A stretch of DNA of 64,000 bases from Octopus bimaculoides (lineage: Eukaryota): assembly GCF_001194135.2 (NCBI RefSeq), contig NC_068981.1, positions 21,746,974-21,810,973 on the forward strand. The letters run 5' to 3'. Below are positions 39,551 through 53,964 of the stretch, in pieces. A model generated the notes under the pieces. It saw only the letters and a program-made list of their open reading frames with translations, did no database searches and was not told the origin of the DNA. Made by a program: the position numbers and the translations under genes. Numbering within the stretch: the first letter of the stretch is position 1; the number at the start of each line of letters is the position of its first letter.

Positions 39551-40317
39551 TGTTGTTTTTTCATGTCATCATTGCTGTTGTTGTCATCATCGTCATAATC
39601 AATTTATACTGGCTCTCCATGCTTGCATGAGTTGGATGGGTTGTCAAAGTTTGAGTGAGTTCCTATTTAGTCACAACCTTCCTAGACATGGTCAGAAGAC
39701 AACACCTTACTTATAAATTTCATTTCACACAGTTTCTATGGTTGGATACCTTCTCTTCGACCAACTACTTTCCAGAATGCACTGAGTGCATATTTTCATT
39801 ACACCATCACTTGAGATATTGTCATATCATTATCAAGACAAGACTAAAGGGTCCTTCTAACCCTGTGATATCTCTCTTCTTCCATCAAGCACTTTACAGA
39901 GTGTACTAGATGCATTTATCATGTCAGCAGCACTGAAAAGATTGTTATGTCAACAGCAAGACAAAGTTAAGAGGTCCTCATGACCCAATGATATCTCTAC
40001 ACAGTTATTGAACAGTTTGCAGAGTGTATTGGGTGCATTTTATTGTGGAAGGCACCTGTAAAAGCGAAGCTGCCTTGTACCTTGTACCTTGCAAGAAACA
40101 AGGGGACTTTCACTTGTCTATGTTGTGTCTATTCGTCCAGGTCAAGTGGGTAGAAGAGAGGATGATTGCATAAGATGAACTAAGGAAGTGGGGGAAGAGA
40201 AAGGGAAGAGTGATAGTGATCAGGGTGAGGATGTGGAGAGAGAGAGTATGACAGAGGTTGGGGTGACATGTGTGAAGCAGTGCTACAGGAGTGATGGTGG
40301 GGGTGGAGAGAGTAAAA

Positions 40318-40349
<32 letters not shown>

Positions 40350-40859
40350 NNNNNNNNNNNNNNNNNNNNNNNNNNNNNNNNNNNNNNNNNNNNNNNNNNN
40401 NNNNNNNNNNNNNNNNNNNNNNNNNNNNNNNNNNNNNNNNNNNNNNNNNNNNNNNNNNNNNNNNNNNNNNNNNNNNNNNNNNNNNNNNNNNNNNNNNNNN
40501 NNNNNNNNNNNNNNNNNNNNNNNNNNNNNNNNNNNNNNNNNNNNNNNNNNNNNNNNNNNNNNNNNNNNNNNNNNNNNNNNNNNNNNNNNNNNNNNNNNNN
40601 NNNNNNNNNNNNNNNNNNNNNNNNNNNNNNNNNNNNNNNNNNNNNNNNNNNNNNNNNNNNNNNNNNNNNNNNNNNNNNNNNNNNNNNNNNNNNNNNNNNN
40701 NNNNNNNNNNNNNNNNNNNNNNNNNNNNNNNNNNNNNNNNNNNNNNNNNNNNNNNNNNNNNNNNNNNNNNNNNNNNNNNNNNNNNNNNNNNNNNNNNNNN
40801 NNNNNNNNNNNNNNNNNNNNNNNNNNNNNNNNNNNNNNNNNNNNNNNNNNNNNNNNNNN

Positions 40860-40919
<60 letters not shown>

Positions 40920-41702
40920 CCATTTTTCTCTCACATCCTTTTTTGTGACTTGCTCTCATTCTCCACATGTAGCATTTTACTTTTACAGATTTAATATTTT
41001 AGCAAAGAAAGAAAGTAATTGTGGTTTCACTAATTCATATGGTTTTAGTAATGTTCTTAGTTTACTGAATAATCCTTTCTACTATAGGCACAAGGCCTGA
41101 AATTTGGCGGCAGGGGCCAGTTGATTAGATCGATCCCTGTACGCAACTGCTACTTAATTCATCAACCCCGAAAGGATGAAAGGCAAAATCAACCTTGGCA
41201 GAATTTGAACTCAGAACGTAACGGCAGATGAAATACCGCCAAGCATTTCGCCCGGTTTGCTAGCGTTTCTGCCAGCTCACCGCCTTAGTGTTCTGAATAA
41301 TAGCGCAGTTGCTGATATAACCAGAATTTCTTTAGTAATTTCTCATGAATATTGTAATCACACCTTCTAGAACCTTCTCAGATGTAATATTTATTGTTAC
41401 AGGATTGGTTCATAGTTTTCCTGTAGCTAAAAGTTTCCAAGTATTTGCAAGTGTTGTTAGGTGACTACACGCACACACACTGACATACCGACACACACAA
41501 ACATACACACACACACACAGATACTGACAGACAGACACATACACTCACAGACAAACATAGACACACACATGCTCAAACACATAATGCACACACACACATA
41601 CACAGACAGACATACATACACACTGACAGCACACACACACACACACTCATGCGCACTGACAGACATACAGAGACAAACATAGACACTCATACACACTTGC
41701 AC

Positions 41703-41740
<38 letters not shown>

Positions 41741-41947
41741 GCACACACACACTGACAGACGCACACACACACTGACAGACAGACACACATACTCACAGAC
41801 ATATACACAAACATACATAGACACACACACATGCTCAAACACATAATGCACACACGCACACATACACTGACAGGCACACACAGACATACAGAGACAAACA
41901 TAGACACTCATACACACTTGCACATGCACACACACACACTTGCACAT

Positions 41948-41989
<42 letters not shown>

Positions 41990-44900
41990 GTGTTCGTCTA
42001 CAGTGTTTATTTCTTCTGATGTTGGTCAACCCAAGGTTGAGAAGAGAGGGCAGTGTAGTGGGTTTGAACCCAGAATCATATTTGTTGTGTTTCCCCATAT
42101 CATGTGTCTCTTAAGATCACAGTTTGTATTCTTGGGATGATTACAGTGTAGTCTGTAGTATCTGTGGGCATTAGGTTGATCATCTTCATAGATCCATACT
42201 GATTCTGTTTAAGAATTGCATTGAAATTACATACATGTCTGTGGAATATTCAACTACTTATATGTTAATTCAGAGGAAGGTAATTCAGTTGATGGAACAA
42301 ATGAATCCACTTTGTCACACACACACAACTTAGCAAAAGATAATGAAAGAATAAGTACCAGGCTTTAATAAAATGTACTGGGGTTGATGCATTCAACTAA
42401 AAATTTTTCAAAGCAGTGCACTAGCATGGCCACAGTCTAATGGTTGAACAAGTGAAAGTAAAAAGGAAAAAGGAATGTTTATGAGGTTCTTGTCTATTTA
42501 GTTTCCCTTTATTCAATCACACTAAGCCAAGTAGGATTTCCTTGACTGCCACACAGAATGTTGCTGCTAGTGACTACAAGGGTTCAGGAAAGAGGAAAAA
42601 TAGGTGTGGGTTCCCTGCCAGAATGGGAACTGTGTAAAAATAGCAGCAGCTAAGGTTTAAGAAGCTCGTATCAAGGCCATTGGTAAATTTTGAAGAGCAT
42701 ACCATTTCCTGCCAGACTGTATTTAAAATGTCTCTTAACAAATATCAAAGCTTGTTCCTTGAAGTATTTGGTTTAAACATTGAGAAACACTCTGTATCTC
42801 ATAGCAATTGTTCACAGTCTCTTCAACAGAAAAAGAGTGGAAATAACTTGCACAGATTAACTTCAGACATATGATTAATTATAAATGATGTTAATAGAGC
42901 AACATTTATGATAAGGAGTTTTTAGTATTTAGCTTTCAGTTTTGGGAAATATACAATGAGACATTATACAGATGTTTTGACATAACACAGATGTTTGTGT
43001 AATCATAAAAAGAAACTTGAATTAGAGAGGTTTGTTTTTAATGGTAGAAGGAGACAAATATATTTTATAATTGCTAATGGGACTTGTTTCAGTTATTGTA
43101 GTGGTGGATATCCACTTTAGATGAAAATGGAATAAGAAGAAATTACAATTGAGCCTTTTTAATATTCATTTTCGATGTTTGATGTAGCAAAAACATTCGT
43201 CATCATTATCGTCATTGTTGTTCTTATTGTCATCATCATTATTGTCATCATCATCATCAACATCATTGTTATCCTCCTTCTAATCATAATCCTCATTAAA
43301 GTCATGTTGGCATGGGTTGGACAGTTTTACAAGATCTTGTGAACTACAGGGCTGTGTTGCACTATAATGTCAGCTTTGGCATGAATTTCATGGCTAGATG
43401 TCCTTCCTAATGCCAACCACTTTACTATATCTACTGGGTGCACTTTTTATGTTACTGGCAATTGTGAGATCACCAGGTAAATTGCAAGAAAGAAAAAGGA
43501 AAAGAAAAAAACCCTGCCAGCAAAGTAGGAGAGGGAGTATTTGAGAGGAGGAGGCAGCTTTAAACCCAGAGTCAAGAGGGGAAAGTATGCTAGTGGGGAC
43601 AAGTGCAGGTGTCTAGTTATAGATGACATACATGGTTACCTGGGGCAACAGTACTGCAGTATGACAATATCATATGAAAACAATATCATAGAGCTAGAAT
43701 ATCAGAGAAAAACAGTGTCATAAGATAGCAACGTTGTAGGGAAATGATATTATAGATAAATAATATCATAGTACAATAGTATCATGGGTTAGTAGTTTCA
43801 CTGAACTACAATATCACAGGATATTATAGTATTATAGGGTTCCATTATCATATTCCAAAAATACCATAAGCCAACGACACATACATATTGATATATTGAT
43901 ACAACACATATTAAGTTATGGGGACGTAAACACACCAGCATCGGTTGTCAAGCGATGTTGGGGGGACAAACACAGACACACAAACATATACACACACATA
44001 TATATACATATATATGACGGGCTTTTTTCAGTTTCCGTCTACCAAATCCACTCACAAGGCTTTGGTCGGCCCAAAGCTATAGTAGAAGACACTTGCCCAA
44101 GGTGCCATGCAGTGGGAATGAACCTGGAACCATGTGGGTTCATTCCCACTGCGTGACACCTTGGGCAAGTGTCTTCTGACATCTCAAAGGTGTTTTTGAA
44201 ATTGTTTAGTGAGTTGAGAACTACATTGTGTTCTTCAGATGCTTCCATGAAAATTGGTTTCAAATTTAGGCACAAAGCCAGCAAGTTTGTGGGTAGGGGT
44301 AAGTTGATTACATTGACCCCAGTGCTCAACTGGTACCTATTTCATTGACCTCAAAAGGATGAAAGGTAAAGTTGTGGAATTTGAACTCAGAATGTGAAGA
44401 TGGATAAAATGCTAGTGAGTATTTTCCCCAGCAAGTTAATGATTCTGCCAGCCTTATGCTGTCATTAATTTTGATTTCAAATTGTAGCACAGGGCCAGCA
44501 ATTTTGGTGGGATGGCTAATTCAATTACATTGATTCTAGTGTTCAACTAGCACTTATTTTATCAACCCCTGAAAGAATGAAAGACAAAGTTGACTCTGGC
44601 AACATTTGAACTCAGAATTTTGCTTGGCCTGCTAATGAGTCTGCCAGTTCGTTGCCTTATTCTATCATATTAAATCAAGTCAAGGATGAGCAACTTTTTT
44701 TCAAGAAGCAGGCCACATAAAAACATGATTAATTATCAGCTGGATCACATTACTAATAAAATTGAAGGTAATTTAACTTTGGGCACATCATTTAGAAAGT
44801 CCCATGGGTTGCAGGTTTTTATGACCGATCTAACTTCTCAGCTTAATCTTTTCGTAAATTCTTCCACAGCTGTTCACATTCCTGGTGCTGCTGCCATGGA

Positions 44901-47261
44901 GGCAATGCTTGAATACTATTACTTCACTGGAGATTGTATGAAGGCACATGACCAAATCCGTGGTATGTTCCATAGCAAGTTAACTGACCATATTGATAAA
45001 TACTGCAGTAAAGCAGAGTGCAGTGTAGAGGATATTAAGGTAATATGTCATGAAAATCAAGAACGTAAGAGAAGAGATGCAAGCCATACAAAGAGATTTA
45101 GATTATATAAACGTGACCAAACAAGTGTTGCTCAAGTCTTAAAGATACGGTTTAAAATTGTTGGTGTAATACAGAAAAACAACATTACAGAAAAGGAACA
45201 GTTTAAGCTGCGAAGAATTTTAGGACAAATAAACCTTGAGATAAAGAAACTAGATGGTTTAAATATAACATCTAATGTTAGTAATCTCATTGGTGATCTA
45301 AGAGTAGCACAATATTCCAGTGGAAAAATTGAAATTCAGGCAAACTGTGGAGACAAAAATATGGTAACTGTTCAGTCTTCTACAACAAAGATGTGCTGTG
45401 AGTATATCTGGTTTTCTACATTGATTCTTCATTCTTTTTATTTCATTATTCATTGTTTACATAAATGTAATCATATACAAATTGTTACTTTTAGTGCTGG
45501 CTCTAAATACTATTGAAAATCTGTAGAGATAACTTAAAAAGTGACTGAATTGCACTGCTAACACAAAATGTAGAACACAGTATTAACTTATAATCCACAA
45601 TATACTTGGTAGTATATTATGGTTTCAAAATGAAAGACAATGTCCCTACCAGCAATTAATACATACATGCCAGTTGCCTGGAATGTGTTTAGCATGTAAA
45701 TTGGTCTGTCCAATAGTGTTAAACTGCTAAATTTAGTGGTTATTTAAGCTATAAGTTCATTGCTGGTTAATGGTTTGGATGTGGTACTGAAAGAAGAGCA
45801 ATAACTTCTGAAATGTGCATATACACTCATTACATATCTTCAATCACATTGATTACATTCATATATGAATCATAACTTGCAGTGCTGGAACTAAATTCTA
45901 TAGAATATCTGTAAAGATACTTAAAAGTGATATATATATATATATAACATTTTTGGTAGAGTACAGAAAAGTATATCAGCAATGATAATAATAAAGGTTA
46001 GTCAGAAGAAATGAAGGAAATGGTCCTTAGTTTATTTATAAATGTAAGTTTTCAAATTTTCCAAGCAAATGGAATGAAATAAAAAAGATAAAAATGCACA
46101 CTTCTTGTGCATTATCCTCTGTACTATTCATGCACTTTTGGTTACTTTTCCTGATGAGTTGTAGTGCACCTGAATGAGTTCTATCTCACTGACAGATACC
46201 CACTTCATGTGAAGGATCATATGAGAAACATAATAAGTTCTTGATATATAATTTATGTATTGCAGCTGTGACTATTTGCTGAAACTGCTTCCTTTTCAGG
46301 ATTAATGCATTTAACAAAAGGCTTAAACATCCCTACTTCCAGTAATTTTTTCCTCCTAAATCTTGTATAAATGTAACAGGTCATGTACTACTTTAACTGG
46401 CTCCATGGTGTGACAGTGTTCCACTGCGGTCTTAGCGGTGGCAGATAAAGTAAACTAAATCAGTGCTTCTCAACCATTTTTTGCCTATGGGCCCCTTTGG
46501 TACCTGTTTTATTCTACTGACCTCCATTGACATTCACACTATAGATAAAAGAAAACCTTACTGTATTTTTATAATTGAACATTATTAAGAATTGTATAAA
46601 AAGATTAAAATCTTTTGTGTATTGTAAAAGTATAATGAAAATTATTGCTCGTTAATTTTAACAATAAAATCTTACATGGACCCTGGTTGAGAACCACTAA
46701 ACTAAAAAACATAAGGAAGAGAACTAATTCAGGCTACTAATGAGCAACTAAATAAATTTAACCTCATCATTTTGAGCATAAGATGGTTGATAGATATTCC
46801 AGAAGTCTAGGAGTGCCACAAACCTAAGATACTGCATAAAATATTTCTTTAGTTGTAGATTATTATATTTTAAGGAATATATTTCCAGAAACATATTTTC
46901 CCCTGGGATACACTTAAATGCCTATGACTATAATCTGCATTGATAACTAACTCCTCAAAATATTGTCTTGTGGTTCCATGCAATCTACCTTTATACTATT
47001 TGGTGATACTTCAGTTGCTTATTATTGCAGTGGATTGTCCTGTTGGCCACTTCTATAGAAATAATAGCTGTAAGCCATGTCCTATTGGAGAATATCAAGA
47101 TAAAGAAGGACAGGAAAGTTGTGTGCAATGCCCTCCAGGGACCAGTACAATAAAAACAAAATCCAAGGTTAGAGATGATTGCCGAGGTATGTCTTTGTGT
47201 TGTATTATTATTTGTATATGTGTATACATACATACATACGTACATACACACACACATGCAA

Positions 47262-47294
<33 letters not shown>

Positions 47295-49411
47295 GGGGTT
47301 GGACAAAATAATGGAAACACCTTAAAATTTAAAACAAATTTATTTTAATATGGGGTAGGACCACCTTTGGCAGTAATTACAGCTTGCATTCTACGAGGTA
47401 TGGACTCTTGCAAAGTTTGAATTGTTTCCAAAGGAATTTTTGTCCATTCTTCAGCTAAAACAGTCTCCAGTTCTTGTAGTGATGATGGTGGAGGATATCG
47501 ACTCCTTACTTGATTTTCTAAAATGCACCATAAATGTTCCATAATATTGAGATCTGGGAACTGTGGTGGCCAGATAAGTAAGGTGTTCAACTTCACTAGA
47601 ATGTTCCTCGTGTCATTCAGTAACAACTTTAGCTGTGTGAATTGGTGCATTATCATCTTGAAAGATTGTGTTTCTCTCCAGAAACAGTTCCGAAACCATA
47701 GGATGAATTTGATCAGATAAAATGCTTAAATAGTCTTCACTATTAATTCTGCCATGAAGGGAAATCATTGAGCTGGTGGATTTCTAAGATATAGCACCGC
47801 CAAATCATCACAGATCCTCCTCCATGTTTAACAATTGGAAGAAAGCAGTCTGGGTCAAATGCTTCTTTAGGCTGTCTCCACAGGTATACTCAGACAGTAG
47901 TCAGAAATAAGGTAAAGGATGACTCGTTTGAGAAAATAACATTCTTCCACTACTCTAGGGATCAATTCTGTATGTTTTTACTCCAATCTAAACGCTTTGC
48001 GACACTTGTTTTTGAAAGTAGTGGTTTTCTGATTGCAGCTCTCCTGTAAAATCCAGTTTTGTGCAGCTCCCGGTGAATAGCTTTTGTGGAAACTGGGTTC
48101 TCGAGGTGGTCATTAAGCTCTGCAGTAATTTTGGAAGCTGTACTTTTGTGATCCTTTCTAACAATTTGCGTAAGAATCCGACAGTCCCTATCTGAAAGTT
48201 TTTGTTTTCTTCAGGAGTTTTGTTTTGACAAGGAGGTTTTCCCTTCTTCCTCAGAGGCTGTCATTACTTTTGAGACAGTACTTCTTGATACACCAAACAT
48301 TTCAGCTGTTTTCATTACGCTAGCACTTGCCATACGAGCACCAACAATTTGACCTCTTTGAAAGTCCGATAGATCTGTCATTTTAATGAATTTTAATTAC
48401 CTTTTTCTGATGATATCTGAGAAGAAACAGCAATTTTAGCAAAATATATTAAGCAACACTAATAATAAATCAAAAAACATAAAAATAAACAAGCTTTTGA
48501 CGATTTTATAGATATTTCAAAATTATGATGCTATGATACTATGTATTTCCATTATTTTGTCCAACCCCTGTAAATATGTAAAATGTTTTCATCATGTTAA
48601 AGTGTCAATCTCGACATATTTTCTCTCTCCATTTTTTCTTTCTCTTTCCATTTTGTCCCCCCTCTCATCCCTTTCTGTCAAAGAGTGTAAGCTCAAAACG
48701 TCAAAGACTTTTCCATTCTTCCTGAGCGTCAAACTAATACATCTGTTTGTTGTCCTCTCACTTGTTTTATATATATATATATATATATATATCTTGTGTA
48801 CGAACAGCCATGCTACATGGCAGTGAAACATGGGCTGTGACTGCTGAGGAGATGCATAAGCTCGCAAGGAATGAAGCCAGTATGCTCCGCTGGATGTGTA
48901 ATGTCAATGTGCATACCCGTCAGAGTGTAAGTATCTTGAGAGAAAAGCTGAACATAAGAAGCATCAGTAGTGATGTGCAAGAGAGACGATTGCGCTGGTT
49001 TGGACATGTGGTGAGAATGAATGAGGATAGCTGCGTGAAAAAGTGCCACTCCCTAANNNNNNNNNNNNNNNNNNNNNNNNNNNNNNNNNNNNNNNNNNNN
49101 NNNNNNNNNNNNNNNNNNNNNNNNNNNNNNNNNNNNNNNNNNNNNNNNNNNNNNNNNNNNNATCGTTGCCAGTGCCCCTGGACTGGCTCTTGTGCAGGTG
49201 GCACATAAATGACACCATTTCGAGCGTGGCCGTTTTCGTGCGGGTGACACGTAAAAGCACCCACTACACTCTCTGAGTGGTTGGCGTTAGGAAGGGCATC
49301 CAGCTGTAGAAACTCTGCCAAATTAGATTGGAGCCTGGTGTAGCCATCCGGTTGCACCAGTCCTCAGTCAAATCGTCCAACCTATGCTAGCATGGAAAGC
49401 GGATGTTAAAC

Positions 49412-49442
<31 letters not shown>

Positions 49443-52400
49443 TAGTTGAAATTTATAGAAAAATAATAGATGAAGAAAGGTGTATGAACAACAAGCAAGT
49501 GTATGAGTTTGATGCTCGGGAAAAATGGATGAAAAGAAGAAGACAAAGAAAATTCTTTTACACATCTTTAATTACAAGTTACAATTGTTTCTGTACCATC
49601 TCTATTTGCAATGCCAGTTCATGCAAAAATTCTATATGAAGATTTACATAATGTTTGTGCATGTTTATACATGATTATAGTAAATTGTATGAAAGCAGTT
49701 TATATAGAATTTTTTCTGTTAGGTAGCTTCTGTAAGACATTACAATTCTATAGGACTGTTTCTTTTACAGAGTTTCTGTATGAAATTTCACACAGGACAG
49801 TTTCTGTCAAGCAGTTTTTATAGAAAAGCTTCTATACAAGAGGTTCTATGGAACAGTTTAAATTAGACAGTTTCTGTGTAAATGTTCAATAGAATCTCTC
49901 CTATATGTAGAATATTTTCTATTGTATTCTTTCTGTAGGAGATTTCGATAGACCATTTCTATAATACAGTTTTGATAGGAAAATTTTCAGAGGTTAGTTT
50001 CTATGGACCAATTTTTGTAAAATAGGTTTTTTAAGATAGTCTCTATGAAACAGTTTATATAGAACAGTTCCTATAAAATATTTTTTGTAAGAAAAATACT
50101 ATATGACAGCTTCTATTGGACAGATTTTAGATGGACTAATTCATTTAGACTTTTACCATTAATCTGTTTTTAAATACAATTTCTATCAAATAGTTTTCTT
50201 TAAATAACTTCTATGAACTGATGGATCTTCTTTCTTTTTCTGGTAAACGTGTATGATTCTCATGATGTCTGCAACTGACATTAATGTTGACAGATGAGAC
50301 AGACAAATGTATTCATTACTTGTGAGGGCTAGTCATGAACTTTGGTGTAGCAACCTGCACACTCTTTATGGAGTTGATCAATGTGGCATTGTTCAAAGCA
50401 CCCTATTCTGGCATAGTACTTTGATTGCCACCCTCACTAGATAGGAGCTGAACTTTCCCTATTATAAGCAAGAGAATTAGACTTGTTTTGAGTTAGGATT
50501 TCAAACATTTTCTTACATATTTTATGCTGGGTCTTCCATAAATGCTAGTAATTAATAAACTCTCTCTCTCTCTCTTGTCTACTCTCTGCTACAAGTGACT
50601 ATAGCAAACATGTTTTATCAATGAAATCTCAGCTTCACATCAGCATGAATACACCTCCAAGCTCAAAGCTAAACTATTAGTAAATTCTTATTTCAAAAGT
50701 CTCAAAATGTATTTCTCCACTTTCTCTGAGTTACATCTTCTTTTCATAGTGAATCTAGAGTTTATTGTATCAATCCTTAATAGACAGAAAACCAAGTTAA
50801 CTTACACAGGTTTTGAAATATAAAATCATTGATTCCTATCTTGTTACTGAAAATTTATAGAGGATGTTTCTCTAGGGTAGTTTGTATAAGACAGTTTAAG
50901 TAGGAAAGTTTCTTTAGAATAATTTCAACAGATTAGATTCCATTTGTCATTTTATATAGAACAGCTTCTACTTTTTATTAGAATTTTCTAAAAGAGATTT
51001 TCTAAAAGTCCCTTGTATTTTCCTTCTTTTAATGAAATTAAAAGAAGGTCTAATTCTGAATTTCATCTGATGACACAAAATAACTAAAACTGTCAGATTT
51101 GGACAAACTTAAAGGATAAATGAGCCTGTTTTTTATTAAAATAATTGTTATTAACCAAACCATTTTCATATCCATTTCTGCTTTCTTTCAGATTTCTGTC
51201 GACCAGGCACTTTCTCCAGTAATGGATTTTCTCCCTGCCAACAATGTGAACTTTCCACATATCAAGAGAACTACAATGCTACTTCATGTCATATATGTCC
51301 TGGTTCCTCAATAACCACTACATTTGGATCAGCCCACCTCTCAAACTGCAGTAGTAAGTTGTTTTCTTTGCTGCTTGCTAGAGTTAAGACTTGAGGATTT
51401 TGCCCAAGAGTCCAACCATATCTCAAAATGTAGTTGTTTGTAGCTTTACATACTTGACACAATACTACAAGCATAAACCACATGATTTAACACCAGCATT
51501 TTTATCAGGTCAATATTCCTTTACTTCACATACCACCCATTGTTATATAATGCAGGGTAGCCTTGTATCTCCTCTATAACAAGACACCTGGGCTTGTCTT
51601 TCTTATTTCTTTATTGCCCACAAGGGGCTAAACATAGGGGGGACAAACAAGGACAGACAAACGGATTAAGTCGATTAGATCAACTCCAGTGCGTAACTGG
51701 TACTTAATTTATAGACCCCAAAAGGATGAAAGGTAAAGTCAACCTCAGCGGAATTTGAACTCAGAACGTAACGGCAGATGAAATACCGCTAAGCATTTCA
51801 CCCAGCGTGCTAACGTTTCTGTCAGCTTACTGCCTAGGCTTGTCTTTCTATCACACTTCAGCCTCTCAACACCTGGCATTGAACCATCATCCATTCTCCT
51901 TTCTATCAAATATGCCCTTCTGCCATTCAGCTGAGGAGGCTTTTACATTTTACTCTTTTTACCTTCTTCCAGTTCTTTTCTTGTCTAGCAAGTTACTTGA
52001 TGACCTCACCAGTGTCAATGGCAGGAAAAGAAATAAACCAGTATACACTGTACAGTGGTTGGTATTTGGAAGGACATCCAGCTATAGAAACCATGTCAAA
52101 GCTAACATTGGGACTTGATGTGGCCCCAGCAGCTCACTGGATTCTGTGAAACCATCCAGCCTATGCTAGTATGGAAAATAGATAGTGATGCTGTTGCTGC
52201 TGCTGTTGCTGCTGCTGCTGTTGCTGCTGCTGCTGTTGCTGCTGCTGCTGATGATGATGACAACAAATACAGTAACAATGAAGACGACAACGACAATGAT
52301 GATAAAGTTTAGAGTTAAGAGTAATTTTCCCTCTGACCTGGGCAGGTGCATAACTATGTAGTTGCTGTATTATTGTTACCCTCAGGGTTCATAGTCATAC

Positions 52401-53924
52401 AAGTCGCATGGTCACCTCACTAGTGCCAGTGTCACAAATAAAGCATACAGTTCACTCCGTAATGTAAATGGTTTTAGGAAGGGCATCCAACCATAGAAAC
52501 CATGCTAAAGCAGACACTTGGGTCCATTGAATCCTGTCGTACTTTCCGACCCATACCAGAATGGAACCTGGACATTAAATGATGATTAGTCCTTGTCACA
52601 AATTCTACCCACTAAATTCCACTTATGTGATCATAGAAGAAGACACGTATCCAAGGTGTTGTGTGGTGGGACCAAATCCAACAACATTTGGTTGTGAAGC
52701 AAACTTCCCAATCACACGGTCATACTCTTTTACTCTTTTACTTGTTTCAGTCATTTGACTGTGGCCATGCTGGAGCACCACCTTTAGTCGAGCAAATCGA
52801 CCCCAGGGCTTATTCTTTGTAAGCCTAATACTTATTCTATCAGTCTCTTTTGCCAAACCACTAAGTGACGGGGACATAAGTACACCAGCATCGGTTGTCA
52901 AGCAATGCTAGGGGACAAACACAGACACACAAACACACACACACANNNNNNNNNNNNNNNNNNNNNNNNNNNNNNNNNNNNNNNNNNNNNNNNNNNNNNN
53001 NNNNNNNNNNNNNNNNNNNNNNNNNNNNNNNNNNNNNNNNNNNNNNNNNNNNNNNNNNNNNNNNNNNNNNNNNNNNNNNNNNNNNNNNNNNNNNNNNNNN
53101 NNNNNNNNNNNNNNNNNNNNNNNNNNNNNNNNNNNNNNNNNNNNNNNNNNNNNNNNNNNNNNNNNNNNNNNNNNNNNNNNNNNNNNNNNNNNNNNNNNNN
53201 NNNNNNNNNNNNNNNNNNNNNNNNNNNNNNNNNNNNNNNNNNNNNNNNNNNNNNNNNNNNNNNNNNNNNNNNNNNNNNNNNNNNNNNNNNNNNNNNNNNN
53301 NNNNNNNNNNNNNNNNNNNNNNNNNNNNNNNNNNNNNNNNNNNNNNNNNNNNNNNNNNNNNNNNNNNNNNNNNNNNNNNNNNNNNNNNNNNNNNNNNNNN
53401 NNNNNNNNNNNNNNNNNNNNNNNNNNNNNNNNNNNNNNNNNNNNNNNNNNNNNNNNNNNNNNNNNNNNNNNNNNNNNNNNNNNNNNNNNNNNNNNNNNNN
53501 NNNNNNNNNNNNNNNNNNNNNNNNNNNNNNNNNNNNNNNNNNNNNNNNNNNNNNNNNNNNNNNNNNNNNNNNNNNNNNNNNNNNNNNNNNNNNNNNNNNN
53601 NNNNNNNNNNNNNNNNNNNNNNNNNNNNNNNNNNNNNATAAGTATATTTGTGTGTGCTTACGTATGAATTTGTGACTTAGTTGCCATATCTATGTATGAA
53701 TTGTGAATGTATGTGTGTATATGTATGAATGTATGAGTGCATGTACATATGCTTCTGTATGTATATATCTATATGTTAAAGTGAATGGCTGTGTGTATGT
53801 ACATGTTTACCTATGTCTCTCTGTGTAAGTATGTATGCCTGTGCACATGCCTGTATATGCTTGTGTATGTATCTATGTATGTAACTACATGTGTGGTGCG
53901 TGTGTATGAAACTTTATTAAGCTG

Positions 53925-53964
<40 letters not shown>

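Noticed and set aside
41457-42140. Cys/Val- or His/Thr-rich ORFs resembling metal-binding proteins (many similar ones elsewhere)
   Set aside because: They are (CA)n/(TG)n translations, open in several frames on both strands.
44686-44869. N-terminal 61 codons of ORF 44686-45516 as coding sequence
   Set aside because: A branch-like motif, pyrimidine tract and phase-1 acceptor at 44869 explain the exon start, and the upstream peptide has no recognisable similarity.
46150-46230. ctgatgag as a hammerhead core
   Set aside because: There is no downstream stem II followed by GAAA.
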